The position numbers and the translations under genes were made by a program. This document shows positions 39,736 to 53,374 of a DNA stretch of 64,000 bases, piece after piece. The stretch is from Octopus sinensis (lineage: Eukaryota). The stretch is taken from positions 121,396,001 to 121,460,000 of the forward strand of contig NC_042997.1 in NCBI RefSeq assembly GCF_006345805.1, read 5' to 3'. The first letter of the stretch is position 1, and every line of letters begins with the position of its first letter. The notes under the pieces are model-generated. The model was not told the origin of the DNA. It made no database searches and worked only from the letters and a program-made list of their open reading frames with translations.

Positions 39736-39941
39736 GGCGAAGGAGTTGCTGTGTGGTAAGGAGCTTGCTTATCAACCACATTGTTCTGGGTTCAGTACCA
39801 CTGCGTGGAACTTTGGGCAAGTGCCTTCTGCTATAGCCTCAGGCCGACCAAAGCCGTGTGAGTGGATTTTGTAGACGGAAACTGGAAGAAGCTTGTCGTA
39901 TCTATATGTATATCTGTGTGTGTGTATGTGTATGCTTGTGT

Positions 39942-39981
<40 letters not shown>

Positions 39982-40175
39982 GTGTGTGTATGATTGTGCG
40001 TCTGTGTTCGTCCCCACCTCCATCGCTTGACAACCTATGCTGGTTCAGCAAAAAGAGACCGATAGAATAAGTACTAGGCTTATAGGGAATAAGTCCTGGG
40101 GCAAATTTGTTCGACTAAAGGCGGTGTTGCTCCAGCATGGCTGCAGTCAAGTGACTGAAAGAAGTAAAAGAAAAT
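39736..40175 (+). mobile_element. tRNA-SINE (21278 family)
   Basis: GGCGAAGGAGTTGCTGTGTGGTAAG head, GGGTTCAGTACC B-box, internal (TG)n, conserved tail. Confidence 0.85.
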
Positions 40176-41494
40176 GAGAAAATAAAGTTCATAGTACTCT
40201 ATATTTCATATTGGGTTTTACCGATGTTTCAATATACAAACATGTATTCAATGAGAATGTATTGGACTGACAAGTGTTAGACTCAACTTAGTGTATTATA
40301 TCAATCTAAGCTCATCAAAACCGTTTTACGCCATCGCTACTCACAATTCCTCATTTCTGCTTCTCGCTCGATTCATGGTATCCATCTTTTTCTCCTTTCT
40401 TTCATCTTCATTCTATTCCTCCTCATCGTCCTTCTTCCTCCACTTCTTTTGTTTCTTCTTCATCGTCATCTTCATTATCATCTACCTCTTTTATTCTTTT
40501 TTATTCTTTTTTTCCTCCTCTTCTTTCCCTCCTTTTTTTCCTTTTTCTTCTCTTCCTCCGTCTTTTCTACTTCTTCTTTTTCTTCTTCTCCTCCTCCTTC
40601 GTCTTCTTATTCTTCTTTTTCTTCTTCTCCTTCTCCTTTTCCTCTTTGTCTTCTTCTTCTTCTTCTTCTTCTCTATTCTTATACCACAGCTAAATGACTC
40701 GACCTATATAATATATATTCTTTCACCGCCATCTTTGTTGTTTATCCTCATTAAACCGTCTGGCTTCCATTTATTTTTGAGTTAAATATCACATCAAGTG
40801 ATAAACAATAAATTGTTCCTTAGTCTGCTAGATAATACTAATTTTGTTGCACATTACATTTCATTCATCCTGACGTTCTACTTTCTTATTGTTTTTATAG
40901 TTTAAAGTCTTGAGGCATCTTTAAATTTTCGAAGATTGAAATTTCTGTTCAGCTTGTTGATCTTCTATTAATGCGTTTAACTATTTCAGTTGATGTCTTT
41001 ATAATCAGTTGACTTGAACTATTTATTCTATTCTGTCGTCGTCCATTGAGAACGCTTTCGGGGGAAAAACCACTCTTTGTTTTCTATTTTCAATCACTAT
41101 CCATTGCATGAATTAAAACTTTTATATCTCCCCATTGTCTACTTTTCAGAATTACTCTTTTGGGATATACCTGACATATTGTTGAAGCTCTTTATTCATT
41201 TCTAATCTATGTATTTCATTATTTACTTCGATTCACTTAACTGTTAACATTGCAAATCTCTTTAATTCTGCAAACAAAACTCTAATCAACAGTTGCCTTT
41301 CTTTCTATAGTCTCACATTTTACTCTTTTTGAGCAGACACATCGGAAAAGAGATTCCAGTAGTGACCGTCTCACTTTATTTTTTCTTTTCAGAGTTTATC
41401 TAAGATTACATTATTCACTGAAACTATCCGTTCGAAGCTGGTAAGATGTTCCATCAGTTAAATTTAAAATTGTTTTTACTATAACTCAACATGA

Positions 41495-41708
41495 AGGCGG
41501 TAAGCTGGCAGAATCAAAAATATGCTGGACGAAATGCTAAGCATATGTCATCCCTCTTTACATTATAAGTTCAATTTCAGCCGAAGTTGATTTTGCCTTT
41601 CATCCTTTCAGGGTTGTTGAAATAAGTACCAATTTAATTCTGTGGTCGATGTAATCCACTACCCCGCTCCTCTAGAATTTCAGACCTTGTTCCTATAGTA
41701 GAAAGGAT
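41495..41708 (+). mobile_element. tRNA-SINE (GAGCTGGCAGAA family), diverged
   Basis: AAGCTGGCAGAATC head, TTTTGCCTTTCATCCTTTC body, TAGTAGAAAGGATT tail. Confidence 0.7.
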
Positions 41709-41741
41709 TGTAACTTAACATGAAAACAAGCACTACTACAT

Positions 41742-42149
41742 AGGTGCAGGAGTGACTGTGTGGTAAGTAGATTGCTTACCAACCACATGGTTCCGAGTTC
41801 AGTCCCACAGCGTGGCACTTTGGGCAAGTATCTTCTACTATAGCCTCGGGCCGACCAAAGCCTTGTGGGTGGATTTGGTAGACGGAAACTGAAAGAAGCC
41901 CGTCGTATACATATATATGTACATATATATGTGTGTGTGTGTTTGTGTGTCTGTGTTTGTCCCCCTAGCATTGCTTGACAACCGATGCTGGTGTGTTTAC
42001 GTACCCGTAACTTAGCGGTTCGGCATAAAAGGCCGATAGAATAAGTACTAGGCTTATGAAGAATAAGTCCTGGGGTCGATTTGGTCATAAAGGCGGTGCT
42101 CCAGCATGGCCGCAGTAAAATGACTGAAACAAGTAAAAGAGTAAAATAG

Positions 42150-42150
<1 letters not shown>
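41742..42150 (+). mobile_element. tRNA-SINE (21278 family), full length
   Basis: GGTGCAGGAGTGACTGTGTGGTAAG head, GAGTTCAGTCCC B-box, AAAAGAGTAAAA tail. Confidence 0.9.
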
Positions 42151-42199
<49 letters not shown>

Positions 42200-42255
42200 C
42201 ACACACACACATATATATATATATAAAGGCACAAAACTACAGTCAACAAAAAATA

Positions 42256-43632
42256 ATGAGGGAACTAAAATCCATATTAAACCCATACAAAGCAGGGCTC
42301 ACCGACAAAGAATATGATTATATGACCAATTTCACAAGTAAAACTAGCCAATTCTACGGTATACCTAAGATCCACAAAAGCGAAAAAATAAGCAACGCAT
42401 GCAAGATAGCTACAGACAAAATAATTAAAGTCCCTAATCCTAATGACCTCAAATTGAGACCCATAATAGCAGGTCCCGCATGCGAAACCCACCGCCTCAG
42501 TAACTTTTTAGACACCCTGTTAAAACCACTCCTCAAACATGTCAAAAGCTATATAAGGGACGACTTAGATATGCTCAATCACCTACCGAATACTATAAAC
42601 AAAAACACCATACTGGTATCCTTCGATGTAGTCAACCTCTACTCCAATATCCCCCACAACCTAGGACTAGAGGCAATCCAATTCTGGCTAGAGAATCACG
42701 CCAACGAACTACCACACCGCATCAAAACAGAATTTGTGATAGAAGGGGTTAAATTCATCCTGGAAAATAACTTCTTCGCCTTCAATGACAACTTCTACCG
42801 ACAAAAATCGGGGACTGCGATGGGTACACGAATGGCCCCCTCATTTGCCAACCTAGTCATAGGATACCTAGAGATCAGCCTGTATCGTAAGGTTCTAGAA
42901 AGATATGGCAGCCCTTTCTCCATCTACATAGAAAACAACTGGAAGAGATATCTAGATGACTGTTTCATCCTTTGGCATAAAAATATAGAAAAACTCATAG
43001 AATTCCAGGAAATTTTAAACGGACTGGACGTAAACATCCAATTCACGATGGAATATAGCCAGCAACAACTCCCCTTCCTCGATATCCTCATTAAGAAAGC
43101 TAATAATATAATAGAAACAGACATATACTATAAGCCTACAGACTCTAAGCAATATCTTCCATTCAATTCATGCCACCCCAGACACACCAGGATGAATATC
43201 CCCTTCAATCTAGCAAAAAGGATATGCACTATAGTCTCTAACGCAAACACCAGAGACACACGACTACAAGAACTAAAAGATACCCTTATCACCAGGAACT
43301 ATCCACCTTCACTTATTGACAAGTGCATTCAACGTGCCCTTCAACTTAACATCAAGGAACTGAGACATCCCAAATCAAAGAAAAACTTACAACCAAAAGC
43401 CTTACCATACATCTCCACACACAACCCTCTCAATAACGAAGCCTTCGACACCATCCTCCACAACATACCCCTCCTAAAAAAAGACCACAGAATGAACACA
43501 ATCCTCCAAATACACACGATCATAAAAAGCAAAAGACAGCCTAGATCCATGAAAAGTCTCCTAACACAAGCCGAATTCACTCTTCAACACAGAAGACCCA
43601 ATTTGCGTGATGATATGCGACTATCTAATTGA
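42256..43632 (+). CDS. Penelope-like (Neptune-like) reverse transcriptase
   Basis: 458-aa ORF: KIHK, LRPIIAG, SFDVVNLYSNIP, QKSGTAMGTRMAPSFANL, RYLDDCF, LPFLD, YYKPTDS..YL...SCHP. Confidence 0.92.
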   Translation: MRELKSILNPYKAGLTDKEYDYMTNFTSKTSQFYGIPKIHKSEKISNACKIATDKIIKVPNPNDLKLRPIIAGPACETHRLSNFLDTLLKPLLKHVKSYIRDDLDMLNHLPNTINKNTILVSFDVVNLYSNIPHNLGLEAIQFWLENHANELPHRIKTEFVIEGVKFILENNFFAFNDNFYRQKSGTAMGTRMAPSFANLVIGYLEISLYRKVLERYGSPFSIYIENNWKRYLDDCFILWHKNIEKLIEFQEILNGLDVNIQFTMEYSQQQLPFLDILIKKANNIIETDIYYKPTDSKQYLPFNSCHPRHTRMNIPFNLAKRICTIVSNANTRDTRLQELKDTLITRNYPPSLIDKCIQRALQLNIKELRHPKSKKNLQPKALPYISTHNPLNNEAFDTILHNIPLLKKDHRMNTILQIHTIIKSKRQPRSMKSLLTQAEFTLQHRRPNLRDDMRLSN

Positions 43633-43975
43633 GGGATCAGAGTTCTCCTTCAAACAGGGACAACGGTTTACAGTGAAAAGCAACTTCACATGTGCTTCGG
43701 AGAACCTAATATACTCACTAACTGCTCCGGGTGTCAAGAGCAGTACATAGGCCAAACAAAAAATGGTTTGCGTAAACGAATGGCCCTGCACAGATCCCAG
43801 ATAAAAATTCCCCAAAACAGAAAAATAGCTTTTAGCCAACACATAGATACTTGCGCCAACAAAAAAACACCAAACTTCAGGATTTTCCCCCTCTACCAAT
43901 TTAGGGACGATACAACCTCGAGAAACGAATAAGTAAAGAAAATCTCTTATTACAAAATACAAGCCACTTCTTAAC
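43603..43975 (+). pseudogene. Frameshifted Cys-rich linker and GIY-YIG endonuclease of the same PLE
   Basis: Shifted frames read C..ICDYL...F.VKSNFTCASENLIYSL / CSGCQEQYIGQT...RMALHRSQI...H...C / LITKYKPLLN. Confidence 0.85.
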
Positions 43976-44669
43976 GGGTCTACGACAAACAATTAATATA
44001 CCTCAACTTTAGAATAAAAGAAATATATACACACACAAATATTACACTCCATAGAATCCATTACTAATCAGCCCCATCACAGCTACACTTTCACCCACTT
44101 CTTCTTCTTCCTCTTCTTCTTCATCATCATCATTATCATCATCATCGTCGTCATCATCATCATCACCACCATCATCACCACCATCTTCTCCTTCTCCTTC
44201 TTCTTCTTCTTCTTCTTCATCATCATCATCATCAACATCGTCATCTTCTTCTTCTACTTCTCCACCTTCCACCCCTTAACCTTGTCACTAATGTCTTTCA
44301 GTATAACGCCTACGCAAATTCCATAAACAATTCCTGAATTGAATGCGACTACTGTCAGCCACTGACCATTCAAAATACGACCATTAAGGCATTCCCAGAT
44401 TCCCCACCCCCTCTCCACATCAGCCTCCTTATTCTTCACCTATCCTACCAAGAACTCAAAACGACCTCGAACACACAAGTGCAAACAGGGAGTCAGAGAA
44501 AGGCAGAATGCTACTTATATCTGAACACTACTACAGAAATATTCTTTTAAAAAACTTTTCTTCTAATTTTTCTAAATTTATTATTTTAATCGTTACAGTG
44601 GAAAAAAAGGTCTCCACACTATAAAATTATCTTAGCATTTTTCTATTTTTGACTTGTTTTTTCATATAT

Positions 44670-44713
<44 letters not shown>

Positions 44714-45397
44714 GTGTTCGCTAAGAAGTAGTGCTCGGAACCAGAATTTTCGACAATAATCAAATATAACAAGCCACTCCGAATTGTTGTTAGAGTATCT
44801 GCGTAAGTGGAATCTGGGCTGGCTAGTTTGTATTGGCATCGAGTCACATAAGTTCTAATAATGAAACCATACCAAATTGTGATATTTTGAAATAATTTAA
44901 CACGTACATTTCAGTTCTGCATAGTATATAATAGGAAATGTATCCAACGTCTTAACTGAAGAAGATCTTACTTAATGGATGCATTTCTTATTAAATATTA
45001 CACAGACCTGAGACGTACGTATTAAATGATTTCAAGATATCATTATTTGGTTTGACTTCATCAGAACAATGTGTGTGTGTGTGTTTGTGAGGGCCTATAA
45101 ATACGGACACACACATATTTGAGTACATAGGTGTAAAACAAGGTAGAGGAAAATATATATAAATAAATATAAATACTAAAGACAAAATTAGATATTTTAT
45201 TGAAGATGAAAAACCTTTCTCTAACTTTTAATGACACGAACGGTGTCAGCTTCAAGAAATTAATATTTATGTGGATGTGCGTGTGGGTCCATGTGCGTGT
45301 GTGTATGTGTACACACATATATATGCATATTTATAAACACATATACGCATATATACATAATAAACTTACATATGTGTATGTGTGCGTGTATAAATAC

Positions 45398-45428
<31 letters not shown>

Positions 45429-46170
45429 CATACATACATACATACATACATACATACATAATTACATACATACATTTATTTTTCGTTATAACAAGTCGAC
45501 CGAAAATATGAAGAAAAGCTCCGCTGTTGGCACATTGTTTTAAGGTTTCGTTATATTTAACGCCAGTTGCCGGCTACATCTTTATCCAGAAAATGCGGTT
45601 GTGCACCTTTTGTAGAAATCTCTAATTTTTTCATCGAAATCATTTAATAAAGGTTGAAATTGTGTTTCAAGCTTTCATATTCCTCCTAGATTTGCCGGCT
45701 TTATCAAATAATCTTTCAAAGGAAATCTGTGTTTTTTATAAAAAATCTGAGAACACTAGCATGAACTAAATCCCCCATGCCGCTTTTAATCTTGAATGAG
45801 AACCTTTTGCTGCTTTCCCAATTCAATACGGTCTTAACCGGTTAGTTTATTCATCCGGGATTGATAAGGTCCCAGATGAAACCTAGGAGTAGAAAGCCAC
45901 TGCGCTTTCCTCTTAATTTAAAGCTGGCAAACTGCCCTTTCTGCAGCTTCAATGATGAGATGTATATTTCCCTTCTTTATTGCACAAGTACCGCCATGCC
46001 CAAATATCAAACCGTAAAGCAACATATCAATTAGTGAGTACATATGCGTGTCTAAAGACAAACGGTTCCTCGTTAAACATTAACATAAAAGCAAACTTTA
46101 ATACATTTTTCTATAGCAGAATAAATAATCTGGTACAGTTCTATATTTAAGAACAGTTCTATATGCCTAC

Positions 46171-46260
46171 GGGCATATGGCGTAGTTGTTAAGAGCGCGG
46201 GCTACTAACCCCAAGATTCCGAGTTCGATTCGAAGATGTGACCTCAACAACAACAACAAC

Positions 46261-46310
<50 letters not shown>

Positions 46311-46477
46311 TAATAATAACAATAACAACAACATCGAAAAATACCTTAGGAATGAGAACCCAGATTTGAAATTTCCCCAAGACACCTGAAGAAGGCTGGA
46401 GGGTATATCAGCCGAAGCGCTATGTTAACAACAAACAACATGACAAATATTTGTCGAATGTAAATAATGTAAATAAT
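46171..46477 (+). mobile_element. tRNA-head + (AAT/AAC)n + HHR repeat unit, complete
   Basis: GGGCATATGGCGTAGTTG A-box-like, GAGTTCGATTCG B-box, microsatellite, tail; HHR at 46381-46426 with CTGAAGA and a perfect GGCTG/CAGCC stem II but GAAGCGCT instead of GAAACGTT. Confidence 0.85.
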
Positions 46478-46759
46478 CTAGTGATAAATATTTAGCAATT
46501 ACTATATGACAAGTTTGTAACACACCATAGCCATAATAATAAGTTCTAGCAACCATATTGTTCCAGGTTCAGTTCCACTGTGTGACACGTTGGGCAAGTT
46601 TCATCTTCCATAACCTCGAGCCGAACAAAGTCTTGCCAGTGAATTTGGTAGATGGAAGCTAAAAGCAGCTTGTCTGATATATATGTGTCTATGTGTGTAT
46701 AAATATAAATTCGTTAAAAAGGATAACAAACATCAATTTCCTATTATATATATATATAC

Positions 46760-46854
<95 letters not shown>

Positions 46855-46872
46855 TATATATATTATATATAT

Positions 46873-46903
<31 letters not shown>

Positions 46904-47149
46904 GCAAAATTTGGGGGTTTAGTTCACATGTGATCTACACGGATAGGTATGCTGGGTAAGTGGTGCGACGGATTAACAGAGTTCAAAGCTCGTAACCGAG
47001 ACGGGAGTTATAGAACTACGGAACTATTGTAGATTTTCGATATAGGGGATATAAATTTGTTAAAAAGGATAACAAGCACCATAGCAAGGCATCTCAAGTC
47101 ATATATGTTATTATTTAAAATACATTCATGTGATAGTGTAAGAATAATA

Positions 47150-47685
47150 GTGCAAGATAGTAGAAATTGGCTATATGTATGTGACTGTATGTAAGATTGT
47201 ATTTGTGCGTATCACATTTGGTACCCCGTCCTCTGTATGTTCTGGCTTTAGCAATAATTTTCTATTCTATCTATCTGGGGTTGCTTATTCTACCTTCTTT
47301 CAATGTCCATATCAAATTTGACAAGGATGTTGCATGTTTTTTGTTGTTTTTTTTTACTTTTTGTCTCTGAATAGTGCTAGGTGCTGTGTATACTTCTCCT
47401 TGAACGAGTTGCCAGTTATTCCAATATACGTCTTTTTAAACTCCGTTGGGGTCCGTGATCTTGGCGTTGTATAAAAAGTGATTCTCGAGAAAGGTGTTGT
47501 TTAGCGGGCAGTGGTTTAGGGATCTGCAATTGCTCCGGGGTGTTTCTGGTGTGTTTGTACTTATTGGGATTGAGTATTATTGAGTATATGTTGGGGAGGC
47601 AATTATAGCTAACTTTAACAGTATTTCTGTTGAGGATCTAATGGTATTTTTGTGAATGTGGAAAGTGGTTGTCTATTAATTTTAC
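47150..47685 (-). pseudogene. Decayed PLE GIY-YIG region of a third family
   Basis: LIDNHFPH...ILNRNTVKVSYNCLPNI and TYIGITGNSFKEKYTQH...TSLSNLIWTLK; many frameshifts. Confidence 0.7.
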
Positions 47686-48289
47686 TATATACATATGTAG
47701 TAGTAGTAGTAGTAGTAGTAGTAGTGTCATCGACCAGACCATCAGATGCTGTTACATTCCACTGGCCACAGTGCGCTTCTAATTCTGTCTTGATTGCACC
47801 ATATTATATTCCATCTTGACCCAAAATGCTTGACTAAATCGTCTCCCTATCATCGTTGAGACCTTCTATGTGGCCCTTTCCGATTTCTTGGATACCACTT
47901 GGCAGCTGCGCGGGTCCACCTACTGTCTGTGAATGTTGCGACATGTCTGCCTCAGCAGAACTTTTGTTTCAGCACCCTTCCATCACATTTTTCACTCCGC
48001 TCCATATGTATATATATATATGGGATCGTTTCTGTTCGGCTGCCACTTTTCAATTTCTTCAATTTCTTCAACAGAAATTGGAATTTCTGTTCCAATTGAT
48101 TTCATATTTGGTGTAATGATGTAGTTTGGTATGCTTATCATTGATTTGAAATTCATTTTCGTCATAAATCAATAAATAAATAGGTAATAGCTTTTAACGC
48201 TTGCAACTGTTGGGTAATTTTGCCCATCTTAAACCACTGAAACATTCATACCTGTTTCCATAATAACAAACCAAGCATGAAATCTCTTT

Positions 48290-49190
48290 GTCTGCAAGAA
48301 AGAAAATGGGTTGACAAATATATTGTACGCGGGAACTTTTACCCATCTAACAGTAATGCTTTTATTTTATCCATGGAGCAAGGAATTGACTTCAGTGCGG
48401 TTTCATGTTGAAGAACTAGAGATGAACCACTGCACAGCTATTAATTACAACAGCAATGCTCGGAAATATGTGGGTAGACATGTTCCGTCATCCACTTAAG
48501 ATTCGTGGTACTGGGAAAATTATTGAGATTAACGAAGCGGTTTTCTGAAGACGTAAGTACAACAGAGGAAAGGCCTAACCTGAGCGGTGGGTTCCCGGAG
48601 GAGTGGATTCCGAGAACAGCTAGGTTTTGCTTTCCGCAGTGCCATGTTGGAATCGCGAATCACTGGAGGTATGCATACCTCCAGAAACGTTAGCACGTCG
48701 GACGAATTGCGTAGCCGTATTTCCTCTGCCGTTACGTTCTGAGTTCAAATTCCGCCGAGGTCGACTTTTCCTTTCATCCTTTCGGGGTCGATTAATTAAG
48801 TACCAGTTACGCACTGGGGTCGATGTAATCGACTTAATACCTATGTCTGTCCTTGTTTGTCCCCTCTGTGTTTAGCCCCTTGTGGGTAATAAAGAAATAG
48901 GTATGCATACGTCACTCGATCTTTCAGGAACAACAATTTTCAGCGATTTGTGGAAGGCGTGCTCTAACATTCCTGAAATTGGTGGTTATTAATTGAACAT
49001 AGAATGATGAACCAGTGTTGGGTTCATTAACTCGAAAGATGATACCCACACGCAACAACTGGAGAGTACATGAGCCTCTGTATAGCGAGGTAATCAACGA
49101 TGCTGCTGCCACTCACTATTTGATTCGTATTTCTGCGAGTTTATGTGATGCATGAGATAAGAAAATTGTAATTTGTTCCTGAAATTACTC
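48290..49190 (+). mobile_element. Decayed Merlin (IS1016-like) transposase interrupted by a SINE
   Basis: GTGKIIEINE...RRKYNRG...WVPGG, then after the SINE SGTTIFSDLWKA...HTQQLEST...FDSYFCEF. Confidence 0.75.
48683..48898 (+). mobile_element. 5'-truncated tRNA-SINE with 12-bp TSD
   Basis: AGGTATGCATAC at 48667-48678 and 48899-48910. Confidence 0.85.
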
Positions 49191-49909
49191 CAATCCATTT
49201 CATACTCCCGTTTTCAATGAATTGGTCGGCAAAATGTTTGTTCTTTGAAAAATATTTAATGTGGTTATTGAGGTGGTAGTGAAACGTGCTAAACATCACT
49301 GCTAAATACGCCTTAAATCACGAACCTCCAAATATTATGATTTCAAAATTGCATAACCGTATGAATCCACACGTGTAGAATACAGATTCGTAAAATTTTT
49401 CCAAAAATTCCAAAAGATAAAAGAAGCTGTGAAGGTTATATGTTGTTCGTAAAACTGAATTCGGCCACTATTTCTTTTATTCAGTCTCACATTAAAATTC
49501 GTGCCATTTTCAGAGTGTTGATAACCCGTCCTGTCACGCGCAAAATGGCCCCGTCCAAAACCTTTTTTTCTGAGTGGGTAAATATTATCAAACTTTAAAC
49601 TTCTATAACTTTTTGTTTTCTGGAACAAGTGAAATATCTCCTGAGATTCAGTGCGGGAAATGACCTTAATACACCAAATTTGAGAATTTTGAAAAGAACT
49701 TTGTGATTTCATTAGGTGCAGGCAATCAGAAAAGATTCCGCGCGTGTGTGTGTGTATACAGCTTCATTGACGGATTATGCCTTCTTTTAACAGAATGCTT
49801 TGAAGCAGAAATCTAAATATAGCATGTAACGATAATTCATCTCCATTATGCTTTTCTTTTATATGTATTTTTCAGAGAGAGAGAGAGGGGGGTGGAGAGT
49901 AAAATAATA

Positions 49910-49940
<31 letters not shown>

Positions 49941-50112
49941 GTTCATGTAAACATTTATACATGTACAATCATGGGGAATATTACGTAATATCATAATGAA
50001 ATATTCTAAAAAACGCCATGTAAAATGTACGGATCAGTGATTCATTAAGAAAGAACCATTTGAAAGTGAATATATTCATATATATTTTTTATTCCATCCT
50101 ACCTGATGTGTG

Positions 50113-50160
<48 letters not shown>

Positions 50161-50255
50161 ATATATATATATATATAATATATATATATATACATATATA
50201 TATGTATATATATACATATATATATATATACATATATATATACATATATATATAC

Positions 50256-50286
<31 letters not shown>

Positions 50287-50384
50287 ATATATATATAATA
50301 TATACATACATATATATATATGTACATATATTTATTAAATATTTGTGTGTGCAGATATGTGTGTGTGTGTACCTTTATATATAT

Positions 50385-50447
<63 letters not shown>

Positions 50448-51059
50448 TATATATATACATATATTTATATATGTGTGTGTATGTATGTTATATATAGAGA
50501 GATGAATATATATATATATACATCTACATATATATATATACATACATATATATACACACACACACAAACACATATATTTATATTAATATACATGCATATA
50601 TACATTCATTCATACATACATAAATACATACATACATACATGCATACATATATGCATACATATATGCATACATACATGCATACATACATACATACATACA
50701 TGCATACATACATAGAGATAGCATTATCGCAAACTAATTACGATACAATGGCGTTCCGGGAGCTAAATCATCATATATTTACACATTTGCCTTGATGGTA
50801 TATAAGTAATGCAACAATGACGTGTATTAATATATGTTTTTTGAAGCCGTTCACGCATTAATATACGAAGACTTGGCCCCATTTCACAGCTGGACTGTGG
50901 ACGGTAAAGATAACCGACACAACTCACTTGGAAACCTTTGTCTTTGTATCCTGGTGTAACATAAAATCACAAGAATCCATTTCTTTTCATCTGCAAGGTC
51001 TTTAGATGCATTTAATGACAGGAAATAGAAATATGCTATCTTAATGGTAGTGTGGTTGT

Positions 51060-51219
51060 TGAAAAGGTCGTTGAAGACAGCGAAAACGACGACGACGACG
51101 ATTTTGATGACTATGGTGATGATGGAAATGATGATGATGATGATGATGACGACGACGACGATGATGATATTGGTGATGATGATGACGATGATGATGATGA
51201 TGATGACGATGATGATGAA

Positions 51220-51253
<34 letters not shown>

Positions 51254-51271
51254 TTGATGATGATGATATTA

Positions 51272-51309
<38 letters not shown>

Positions 51310-52484
51310 ATTGATGATGATGATCAACATCATTATCATCAACAGCATCAATAATATCATCATCACCGTCATAATCATTCGCAGCAGCAGTAATAGCAGT
51401 AGCAGCAGTAGCGGCTGTAGCTGCATTAGCAGCTGCAACGCCGGCAGCATCACCAGCATCGCCTCTATCATAGTCCCGATGACGACGACTACGACGATGA
51501 TGGTGATTATGATGATTTTGCTGATGATGACGAGGATGATAATGATGATTATGAAGATTATGATGATGATGATGATGATGATGATGACGACAACAATGAC
51601 GATGATGACGATGGTGATGATAATGATCACGACGACAATGATGATGATGATGAATGACGATGATGAATGACGATGATGGTGATGACGACGACGATGATGA
51701 TGATGTTGGTGACCATAGTAACGATCACATATGTACGGTATATTCTTTAGCAACCACAAACACTCCTTCGCAGCTAAACTCGATGTCTTTCTTCCGCCTC
51801 TTTTCCAATCGACTGGTCTCTCACACGCGCCGTGTACTACCTCCTGGACCCTATTCTAGCCAACCCACCCATTTCTTTAGAAGCAGAGCCGTTTGAGACA
51901 TCCTTTCCGAACACATTTTATTTATGCTTTCGTTTATTTATTCGATCATTTATTAATCTATGGCGATACAAAGTCTTGCCATGACACGCCATAGCTTTCT
52001 GCGTGCGAAAAAGTTCCTCTCGAATGCACCTGCATTCACAACGTCTGAGGTGTGGAGAGAGGGAGGGGGTGAGGGAGTTGAGGTGTGTGCACATGCGTGA
52101 TGTCGATGTTGAGGAGGAGGGAGATGAGGACAATCTGGAGAAGGACGAAGAAGAAGCGGAGGAGGAAGAAGGGGGAGGTGTTGGCGGCAGCGGCGGTGGC
52201 AGCGGTGGTGGCAGCGGCGGCGGTGGTGGTGGTGGTGGTGGTGGTGGTGGAGGAGGAGGAGGAGGAGGAGGTGGAGGAAGAAGAGGAGGGGAGCCGGGGT
52301 TGGAAAACGAGTGCAGTTATAATGGCGAAGATAAAGTTGATAGCGGTCTTGATAGGGTTCGAAACTGGGATGCAATTGTTAATGCTGCTGCTGTTGCTGC
52401 TGCTGCTGACGATGTCCATGATGATGAAGATGAGGAGGACGACGATGAGGCGTAGGAATTTGGAAAACTATGATCGTGTTCATA

Positions 52485-52581
<97 letters not shown>

Positions 52582-52710
52582 AATGATGATGATGATGATG
52601 ATGATGATGATAATGATGATGACGATCGCGATAGCAACCGCCACCATGATGACGATGACTACAACAAAAACGATAATGACCACCACGACCACGACCACGA
52701 CCGCGACATA
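51060..52710. repeat. Compound trinucleotide low-complexity block: (GAT/GAC)n, (CAG)n, (GGT)n, (GGA)n
   Basis: Directly visible; ORFs in several frames are homopolymeric. Confidence 0.85.
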
Positions 52711-53239
52711 TAGAAACCATATTGATAACGCCTTGTTTACAGGTTTACTGATTAAATATCCACATTAGCGTATTGCTTCTCATGTCCAACTTAAATGTCA
52801 GGTTAATACAATAATTATATTGATACATTTCCGTTTCACTTCATACATCAACATAAGCGTTATTGAATTTCGTCAAGGTCACACAATATCATTGCTTATT
52901 GTTAATTATGGTACGTTATTCTCCTTGTAATCAGGTATTTGCAATCATTTATAGATAAAAAAGTATAGTGTTTTGTTTGATCTTTCTACAGAGCAATAGG
53001 TAATATTGTAGCTGATATTTAATTTCAGTGTTTAATAAGCATTACTGTCATACGTTTTGTGTACCTTTTAAGTATAGACTGAGAGATCTAATATCTTGCT
53101 GAAATATCAGAATTTGAATAATACTTATTTGATGTTATATAATTTAGGATCAGTAATCTCAGGGAAAATGTGCCACAAGGCTCTCCACTTGGATATCTTC
53201 AACAGAAACATTACATGTGCAATGGCATTCGTGTTTGTA

Positions 53240-53301
<62 letters not shown>

Positions 53302-53374
53302 TGAATGTGGGTGCGTGCTTCAGACGCGCACTCACATACACATATATATACATATATACATATGGAAATATCTC

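Noticed and set aside
40950-41400. Possible Tc1 remnant on the minus strand
   Set aside because: Only a faint N-terminal similarity; no TIRs or catalytic motif seen.
44990-45070. CTGATGA...GAAA on the minus strand as another hammerhead
   Set aside because: I could not form a convincing stem I or stem III.
51044-52768. Asp-rich and Gly-rich ORFs suggesting an acidic biomineralisation protein
   Set aside because: Several frames on both strands are open because of trinucleotide repeats, the Asp frame is broken by stops, the repeat polarity flips, and I see no signal peptide or domain.
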